Source: Minisyncoccota bacterium
GTDB lineage: Bacteria; Patescibacteriota; Minisyncoccia; Phycocordibacterales; UBA2100
DNA: 64,000 nucleotides
Direction of reading: 5' to 3'
Assembly: GCA_043780835.1 (NCBI GenBank)
Contig: JAYWCB010000005.1
Location: 22,280 to 86,279, forward strand
In this document: positions 57,580-64,000 of the stretch, in pieces
Numbering within the stretch: the first letter of the stretch is position 1
How the letters are laid out: each line of letters begins with the position of its first letter
The notes under the pieces: model-generated
What the model was told of the DNA's origin: nothing
Seen by the model: the letters and a program-made list of their open reading frames with translations, nothing else
The model's database searches: none
Translations under genes and position numbers: made by a program

Positions 57580-60500
57580 ATGAAAGGCTCCCACAATCAT
57601 CAACAGTTCGCGAAATACTACGCAACGCTCAATGATGCGCAAAAGAAAGCGGTCGATACCATCGAGGGGCCGGTAATGGTAGTCGCCGGTCCCGGTACCG
57701 GTAAAACACATATTCTCACGCTGCGTATTGCCAATATTCTTCAAAAGACCGACACGCCGCCGGACGGCGTACTTGCGCTTACTTTTACTGAAGCGGGGGT
57801 TGATGCAATGAAGCAGCGACTTCTGAAAATGATCGGGCCAACGGCATACAAGGTGGGGATCTATACATTCCATGGATTTTGCAACGACGTTATCCATTCG
57901 CATCCTGAATATTTTCCACGCATCATCAGTTCTGTTGCCCTCACCGACATTGAATCCATTTTATACATTCGCGAGGCACTCACTGAGCTTCCGCTGGAAA
58001 AGCTAAAACCATTCGGGGACCCGTATTTTTATGTGCAATCCGTTAAAAGTGCAATCAGCACGCTCAAGCGAGAGCACAAAACACCGACTGATGTACTTTC
58101 CGCCACCGCATCTCGACTACAAGACATCGCGGGTGATTCGGAATCAGTGCATCAAAAAGGGGCTCACAAGGGTAAGGTAAAAGGTGCGGCGCAAACACAA
58201 ATTGATAGACTCAATAAAGAGCATGAACTCGGACTCGTGTTTGAGTGGTATGAACACAAGCTCACCGCAATGCGCAAATTCGATTTTGACGACATGATCG
58301 GCGAAGTCGTGCGTGCGCTCGAAGCAGACGAAAGTTTTCGGCTTGCGGTACAGGAAAAATATCTTTACATTCTGGCGGACGAACATCAGGACGCAAACGG
58401 ATCTCAAAACAAATTGCTTGAATTATTGAGTTCATACGACACGTCGCCGAACCTTTTTATCGTCGGTGACGAAAAGCAGGCGATATTTCGGTTTCAAGGC
58501 GCATCGCTCGATAGTTTTTCTTATTTCCATACTCAATTCCCGAATGCGGTACTGATTCCGTTGGTAGAGTCGTACCGCTCAGGCTCGGTGCTTTTGGACG
58601 CGGCACATGGCCTTATGCGGGAATCAATTCCTGAAGCGCGTCATCCGAAACTGCAGAGCAAGCTTGCACATCCGCATCTCGCAGTTTTGGAGCAACGGAC
58701 ATTCACGAGCGAAGAACATGAAATCAATTGGGTAGTTTCGGCGGTCGGCCGGAAAATAGCAGAGGGAGTTGCACCGGGAGATATTGCGATTATGTATCGT
58801 ACGAATGCAGATGCCCGGGCAATTTCAAGGTCGTTGTCATTGAACGGTATTCTGCACGCGCTTGATTCAAAAAGCACCATATTTAACGATCACACACTCA
58901 CGCAGCTAGTTACATATCTACGACTCTGCATGCATATCGGAAGTGATGAGTTCATTGCACATGCGCTGCATTTTCCGTTCTCGGGTGTTTCCTCGCATGA
59001 TACGTACAAAGTAATCGTATACGCTCAGAAACGGCGCATCCCATATATCGAGGTGATTACGTCGCGTGAGCATCTGAAAGACGCGCGCGTATACGACGGT
59101 GCTGCAGTCTGCACATTTGGAGATACCGTACTCAGGCTCTCAAAAATGGCACATGAAGAGTCGGCGCGGGATTTCTTCGACCGCCTACTGCATGAAAGCG
59201 GGTTTCTGTCCTACGTGCTCAAACGCACTGACGCCATATCGGTGTTAAATGCGGTGAGAGGTCTCGCTCAAACGCTCGAAACATTAAGTGCTACCAAAAC
59301 ACTTTATACCGGACTCGATTTCGTCCACGATATCGGACTCTACGAGGAATACGGAATCGAAATCGAGCCGGACACACAGCCGAAAGAACGCACGAATGCA
59401 GTGCATCTTGTAACGGCTCATCGTAGTAAAGGTCTTGAATACGAAAACGTGTATATCGTGCATGCGCGGGATGCGCACTGGGGCAATCGACAGTCACGAA
59501 ATAATCTGCCACTCTCCACACTTGCGACGGTGAACGACACGGATATCGAAGATGAGCGACGGCTTTTTTACGTGGCCCTCACGCGGGCAAAGCAATATGT
59601 GTCGGTTTCGTACGGCACCACATCCGCATCGCGCAGTCGCGAAAGCACCATCACGCAGTTTATGATGGAAATTGATCCGGCCTTAGTTACAATATGCGAC
59701 ACACGTGCGTATGAAGATTCGGTTGCGCCATCGGATGCGTTTCGGGTAATGCCGCTGAGATCGGACTCCATGAGCGACGCAGAATTTCTGCGCGACGCGT
59801 TTCTCGAGCAAGGTATTTCTGCAACCGCTCTCAATAATTACTTGGATTGCCCATGGAAATATTTCTATCGCAACCTGGTGCGGGTGCCGGAAAAACCGAC
59901 ATCAAGTTCACTTTACGGAAACGCATTGCACAATGCGCTGCGTTTATTCCGTGACCTGTCGGCTTCCACACGTGTGTTTCAGTCTCTTTCGGTCTTGCTT
60001 GAATTCCTTATGGTATCAATTGATCAACAGGGATTTACTCCGGCCTCGTACAAAGATGCGCACGCAAAGGGTATTCGGGCGCTTACGGATTGGCATACCC
60101 GAAATGCTGCGGACTACGAATTCAATACGATGTGCGAAAAGAAATTCGAAGTGTATTTTCCACTCGCGAGTGCAGTCATTCCGCAGATCCTGCTACGAGG
60201 ACTAATCGATGTTATAGAATTCGGCAGCGACGGCTCCGTTCGCGTGATTGACTACAAAACAGGGAAACATAAAAGCCGCAATGAAATCGAGGGCGGCACG
60301 AAAAACGCAACCGGTGATTACAAACGACAGCTCGACTTCTATTGCATTTTGCTTGAACTCTCTCATATGCAACAACCGTCGAGACTCGATCTGGAATTTA
60401 TAGAGCCTGATGCCGCAGGGAAAACAGTCGTGCACGATTTTGGATATGATGCCGCGGCGATCGAAGAATTGAAAACAACCATCAATCGTGTAGCCGGAGA

Positions 60501-60594
60501 AATCTACGCGTTATCGTTCTGGAATGCAGGTTGCAAAAAAGATGATTGTGAATACTGCGCACTCCATTCACTGACAGAAAAAACGAGTGCATAA
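57580..60594 (+). CDS. UvrD/PcrA-like SF1 helicase with C-terminal PD-(D/E)XK nuclease and probable Fe-S cluster
   Basis: AGPGTGKT, DEHQD, VGDEKQAIFRFQG, HRSKGLE, RRLFYVALTRAK; GLID...IDYKTG, RQL..Y; Cys in DCPW and CKKDDCEYC. Confidence 0.92.
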   Translation: MKGSHNHQQFAKYYATLNDAQKKAVDTIEGPVMVVAGPGTGKTHILTLRIANILQKTDTPPDGVLALTFTEAGVDAMKQRLLKMIGPTAYKVGIYTFHGFCNDVIHSHPEYFPRIISSVALTDIESILYIREALTELPLEKLKPFGDPYFYVQSVKSAISTLKREHKTPTDVLSATASRLQDIAGDSESVHQKGAHKGKVKGAAQTQIDRLNKEHELGLVFEWYEHKLTAMRKFDFDDMIGEVVRALEADESFRLAVQEKYLYILADEHQDANGSQNKLLELLSSYDTSPNLFIVGDEKQAIFRFQGASLDSFSYFHTQFPNAVLIPLVESYRSGSVLLDAAHGLMRESIPEARHPKLQSKLAHPHLAVLEQRTFTSEEHEINWVVSAVGRKIAEGVAPGDIAIMYRTNADARAISRSLSLNGILHALDSKSTIFNDHTLTQLVTYLRLCMHIGSDEFIAHALHFPFSGVSSHDTYKVIVYAQKRRIPYIEVITSREHLKDARVYDGAAVCTFGDTVLRLSKMAHEESARDFFDRLLHESGFLSYVLKRTDAISVLNAVRGLAQTLETLSATKTLYTGLDFVHDIGLYEEYGIEIEPDTQPKERTNAVHLVTAHRSKGLEYENVYIVHARDAHWGNRQSRNNLPLSTLATVNDTDIEDERRLFYVALTRAKQYVSVSYGTTSASRSRESTITQFMMEIDPALVTICDTRAYEDSVAPSDAFRVMPLRSDSMSDAEFLRDAFLEQGISATALNNYLDCPWKYFYRNLVRVPEKPTSSSLYGNALHNALRLFRDLSASTRVFQSLSVLLEFLMVSIDQQGFTPASYKDAHAKGIRALTDWHTRNAADYEFNTMCEKKFEVYFPLASAVIPQILLRGLIDVIEFGSDGSVRVIDYKTGKHKSRNEIEGGTKNATGDYKRQLDFYCILLELSHMQQPSRLDLEFIEPDAAGKTVVHDFGYDAAAIEELKTTINRVAGEIYALSFWNAGCKKDDCEYCALHSLTEKTSA

Positions 60595-60675
60595 CTAATG
60601 CTTGCGCTCATCGGTATTTCATCATTCAATTGACACAGCGACGCTCCGCGGTGGAGCGAAGAAGGGAGAGAAGCA

Positions 60676-61617
60676 ATGCGGACGCATCTGATGCTATCGG
60701 TCGCCGGACTCCTCTTGTTGACGAGCTCCGCGCCAGCAGAAATGCTTTCGACGACTGATGTCACGGCATATTATAAAGACACGTGGCTTGCAAGTCTTGA
60801 AGAAAAATCGCGCTGTGCGGTTACGCTGCAAGCGCTCGCGACTGACGACATTCTTGTCGCTAAGCGAAACGGCGTCGCGATTGATCAGGCAATGCGCGAA
60901 ACCCGTTGTCTCGACAGCTACTCGTACATTTACGGACGGAGTATTTTGCCGAGCGCGCCGACGGCTACTTTGCTCGATACGCCATCTATAGATGTCGTGG
61001 GATCCTACTTGTTTGTCTATATCAATACATTCGACAACAAGGGCGAGGATCTGCTCGCGAAGATCGAAAAAATCAGTGAGCCGGTACGTGCGTCGGTGAA
61101 AACAGTTGTCATCGATGTGCGGGGTAATCCGGGCGGTCAAATCGATACATTGCGAAAAGTGTTGGATCTGTCGTTTTCTCCGAGAGCGGGGATGCGATTT
61201 CTAGAACTTTCCGGCAAGGCGACATACGGCACGTTTTACACAACGACTCGTACCGGCATATTCGCGGGCCGTGATATTCGAATCCTCACGGATCCGCACA
61301 CGGCATCATCGTCGGAATGGATGATCGAAACGCTGTGCTTTGAGTGGTACCCCGATAAATGCACGACGCTGGGTAATTCCCCGACGTTCGGCAAGTCCTT
61401 GCTGCAATGCATCAATAAGGATGCAAGTCTCGAGGTAAAGCTCACCTGTGGTGAGTGGTACATGGCAGATAAGTATCCGTCCGGGAAAGACCAATCAAAA
61501 CTTCCGCAGCGAATTCAGGGAATCGGCATTACACCCGATAAGCTCATGATCTTTGCGGAGTGCGAACGCTTTGGCTACACGTGCATTGCACGCGAGCTCG
61601 CCGACGCGGGTCTTTGA
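60676..61617 (+). CDS. secreted S41-family peptidase without a recognisable PDZ domain
   Basis: Signal peptide; IDVRGNPGG, TASSSE (Ser), TFGKS (Lys), GIGITPD. Confidence 0.8.
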   Translation: MRTHLMLSVAGLLLLTSSAPAEMLSTTDVTAYYKDTWLASLEEKSRCAVTLQALATDDILVAKRNGVAIDQAMRETRCLDSYSYIYGRSILPSAPTATLLDTPSIDVVGSYLFVYINTFDNKGEDLLAKIEKISEPVRASVKTVVIDVRGNPGGQIDTLRKVLDLSFSPRAGMRFLELSGKATYGTFYTTTRTGIFAGRDIRILTDPHTASSSEWMIETLCFEWYPDKCTTLGNSPTFGKSLLQCINKDASLEVKLTCGEWYMADKYPSGKDQSKLPQRIQGIGITPDKLMIFAECERFGYTCIARELADAGL

Positions 61618-61633
61618 TCCTTTCAATAATTGC

Positions 61634-61663
61634 AAAACGCCGGGCTCGTAGTCCGGCGTTTTT
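61634..61663. terminator. bidirectional terminator
   Basis: AAAACGCCGGGCT-CGT-AGTCCGGCGTTTT. Confidence 0.8.
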
Positions 61664-61679
61664 GTTGCCCGTGAATGAA

Positions 61680-62180
61680 TTAGCGGGCGCGCACTTTGAG
61701 ACGGGTTTGGCGTTTCTTGTTGATCTTTGGAAGACGGATCATGAGCACACCGTGTTTTTCGGATGCCTCTGCCATGTCCACATCGACTTCTTCGGGAAGC
61801 AGAATAGTGCGGGTGAATGAGCCCCAGTAGAGCTCGCGTTGATAGTAGGCATCTTCCTCAACTTCTTTGTCGTCGGCGCGCGATCCGGAAATCGTGAGCA
61901 TTTCACGAGTGAGTGCGATATCGATGGTTGAGGGCTGCACTCCAGCAATGAGCGCTTTCACCACGATAGCGTCGTTGGTTTGATACACGTCTACCGCGAG
62001 TTCACCGCCCGGATCAGCATCATGGGTATCGCGATCGGCTTCGGATGCATTGAAATTGAGATGTCGCTCGGCACCTTTACCTTCTGGCTGTGCGCGTTCT
62101 GCCGGTTGATCGAAATACTCGTCGTACTCATTGTCGGCGGTTCCGGTGAGCTTGGAGAAAAAAGAAGGTTTTTTAATCAT
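61680..62180 (-). CDS. Hsp20/alpha-crystallin small heat-shock protein
   Basis: VDVYQT, LTISGSR, ELYWGSFTRTILLP, GVLMIRLPK. Confidence 0.92.
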   Translation of the reverse strand: MIKKPSFFSKLTGTADNEYDEYFDQPAERAQPEGKGAERHLNFNASEADRDTHDADPGGELAVDVYQTNDAIVVKALIAGVQPSTIDIALTREMLTISGSRADDKEVEEDAYYQRELYWGSFTRTILLPEEVDVDMAEASEKHGVLMIRLPKINKKRQTRLKVRAR

Positions 62181-62204
62181 GATCGTGTAATAAGAATAAA
62201 ACTG

Positions 62205-62927
62205 TCATCGCCACCTCGGGTGGATTCGTTTAATGTATTCAAGCACCGCGAGCAGCGCGATAACTCCAAGCCAGACAAAAGAAAATGTGCGGAACAAAGA
62301 CTCTTCCGCTGTGTTCAGTATAAAAAAGTTAAAGGCACTGTGCAAAAGGCACGCGAGGATAACTCCGTAGAGCATGTAGCGGCGCTTGATGCGTTTGGAG
62401 GCATAAAACGAGAGGGCGAGTGCGACGCCGATAACGGCAGAGGAGAGAACGTGTAAGAGCGTGGCCCCAATAAAGCGCAGATTGCCCGTGATGAATGTCT
62501 GCACGAAGGTGTCGCCTCCGAGAGGTGAAAGCAAAAAGAGTGTGTTTTCCGCTGCAGCAAAGCCGAGTGCAACTGCCACCATGTAGATGACCGAATCGAT
62601 CGGTTCGTCGTTTTCGCGTCGCTTCAACACCGTGATGCGGGCGGCAAAAAATTTCATGAGCTCCTCAATAAACGACCACGCGGTGAACACGAGTGTTTGC
62701 CCCGTGAGGAAAAATCCGGGCATGGTGAAGTCCATTATCAGTGGCTGTACGAATCGCTCGATGGGTATGACGACGGCGACCGTTACCATGCCCGATAAAA
62801 AGGCGAGTGCTATCAAGCGCCGTGGCTCCGGATGCAGCGCGTCTTCGCGCCGCCAAAACCACAGCCACGCGAGCGCGGGCAATATACCGCCGGCTACGGC
62901 TGCGGCAATTCCTTGAAGCCCGGACAT
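62205..62927 (-). CDS. prsW: PrsW-family glutamic intramembrane protease
   Basis: HPEP, IEELMK, GFAAAEN, two conserved His in TM helices. Confidence 0.88.
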   Translation of the reverse strand: MSGLQGIAAAVAGGILPALAWLWFWRREDALHPEPRRLIALAFLSGMVTVAVVIPIERFVQPLIMDFTMPGFFLTGQTLVFTAWSFIEELMKFFAARITVLKRRENDEPIDSVIYMVAVALGFAAAENTLFLLSPLGGDTFVQTFITGNLRFIGATLLHVLSSAVIGVALALSFYASKRIKRRYMLYGVILACLLHSAFNFFILNTAEESLFRTFSFVWLGVIALLAVLEYIKRIHPRWR

Positions 62928-62931
62928 GTGC

Positions 62932-64000
62932 CTATTGTACCGTAGGCCACTTCGCAATCATGAGCTGATCGGAGGACGTGTGGGGAAGATGCTGCCAGAT
63001 GGTTTCTGTTACAAACGGCATGAACGGATGCAGGAGGCGAAGTGAAATCGAGAGGATTTCCGTGAGCGCTCGTTCGCGCGATTTTTTCGCGGCTTCGTCT
63101 TCGCTCCGAAATATTGGTTTGGATGCTTCGAGAATTTCGGCAGCAAAACGATCCCAGACATAGTGATACACCTCATCCGCGGCAAGATCGAGGCGGAATC
63201 CATCGATGTTTGCTGTTACGCCCGCTGCGATGCGCTCCGCTTCGCGGATAAGTTCTGCATCGGCTTCCAGCAGCGTTACCTCACTGTGCAAGGTGTCACC
63301 TTGCACAGAGTCAGTCTGGTTCTCGAGCACGAAGCGTGTGATGTTCCACAACTTATTCGCAAAATTCTTGAATCCGCGAATACGATCTTCCGACAGTTTA
63401 AGATCGTTGCCCATTTGCGCACCAAATATGAGTGAGAGGCGAGTCGCATCGGCACCGTATTTTTGTGTCATGTCGAGCGGATCAATGATATTGCCGAGAC
63501 TTTTCGACATCTTGCGGCCCTGTCCGTCGCGCACGAGCCCGTGCAAGTACACGTGCTTAAACGGTACTTGCCCGAGCAAAAATCCGCTCATTAAAATCAT
63601 GCGTGCGACCCAAAAGAAGATAATGTCGTATCCGGTTTCGAGGACCGCTGTCGGGTGATAGGTCTGTAAATCTGCGGTGTTGTCGGGCCACCCCAAAGTA
63701 GAGAAGCTCCACAAGCCTGACGAGAACCACGTGTCGAGTACGTCGGGGTCTTGTTCCCACCCGTCACCGGGAGACTCGATTTGCACTTTTGTGTCGCCGT
63801 CTTTGAACCATGCAGGGATGCGATGCCCAAACCAAATTTGTCGCGAAATATTCCAGTCACGCAAATTATCGATCCAATGGAAATAAATCTTTTCAAAGCG
63901 ATCCGGCAATATTTTGATAGTGCCCTGATCAACCGATTTGCGCATGATCTCTTTGAGTGTGGTCGTTGAACCGCTCTCAATACCCGTTATTTCAGAATGG
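62932..64000 (-). CDS. valS: valine--tRNA ligase, C-terminal part (5' end outside the window)
   Basis: DWNISRQIWFGHRIP, DVLDTWFSS, DIIFFWVARM, KMSKS, LLHPFMPFVTE. Confidence 0.96.
   Translation of the reverse strand, partial: HSEITGIESGSTTTLKEIMRKSVDQGTIKILPDRFEKIYFHWIDNLRDWNISRQIWFGHRIPAWFKDGDTKVQIESPGDGWEQDPDVLDTWFSSGLWSFSTLGWPDNTADLQTYHPTAVLETGYDIIFFWVARMILMSGFLLGQVPFKHVYLHGLVRDGQGRKMSKSLGNIIDPLDMTQKYGADATRLSLIFGAQMGNDLKLSEDRIRGFKNFANKLWNITRFVLENQTDSVQGDTLHSEVTLLEADAELIREAERIAAGVTANIDGFRLDLAADEVYHYVWDRFAAEILEASKPIFRSEDEAAKKSRERALTEILSISLRLLHPFMPFVTETIWQHLPHTSSDQLMIAKWPTVQ
63284..63308. repeat. 25-bp palindromic element, copy 2, inside the valS coding sequence
   Basis: Identical to 12969-12993; translated as SVQGDTLHS. 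Confidence 0.85.

Noticed and set aside
1-64000. Alternative genetic code (UGA=Gly, as in Gracilibacteria/Absconditabacteria)
   Set aside because: Core genes are full length under code 11 and several genes, including trmD, end in TGA

Overview
Chromosomal segment of a Patescibacteria (CPR) bacterium, most likely Parcubacteria (Kaiserbacteria-like). This is inferred from compact pheT, thrS, smc and rpoB, a NusB-Nudix fusion, a PaaX/Cas2-like gene, absence of biosynthetic genes and standard code 11. Core genes (pheT, gyrB, thrS, dnaE, rnhB, rpmF, nusB, rnc, smc, rpsP, khpA, trmD, rpoB, rpoC, dnaG, rpoD, a UvrD-nuclease, hsp20, prsW, partial valS) are interleaved with many small orphan genes, often each with its own promoter, RBS and terminator. 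A cell-surface island (about 5.7-23.6 kb) encodes a sortase, two IPYTG-tagged Ig-repeat proteins and low-complexity secreted proteins. No rRNA, tRNA, CRISPR array or transposase was recognised. Strongest leads: (1) a wHTH/Cas2-like gene bracketed by two 38-bp palindromic direct repeats, one carrying its own -10 box and start codon; (2) a 25-bp palindrome found identically in an intergenic region and in-frame inside valS, belonging to a wider RAGGW-NNN-WCCTY palindrome family; (3) the IPYTG sortase system; (4) a highly structured ~185-nt rpoB leader and a 21-bp stem directly after rnc; (5) a run of monocistronic cassettes, most encoding secreted or membrane proteins. All calls come from reading motifs by eye; no searches were run.
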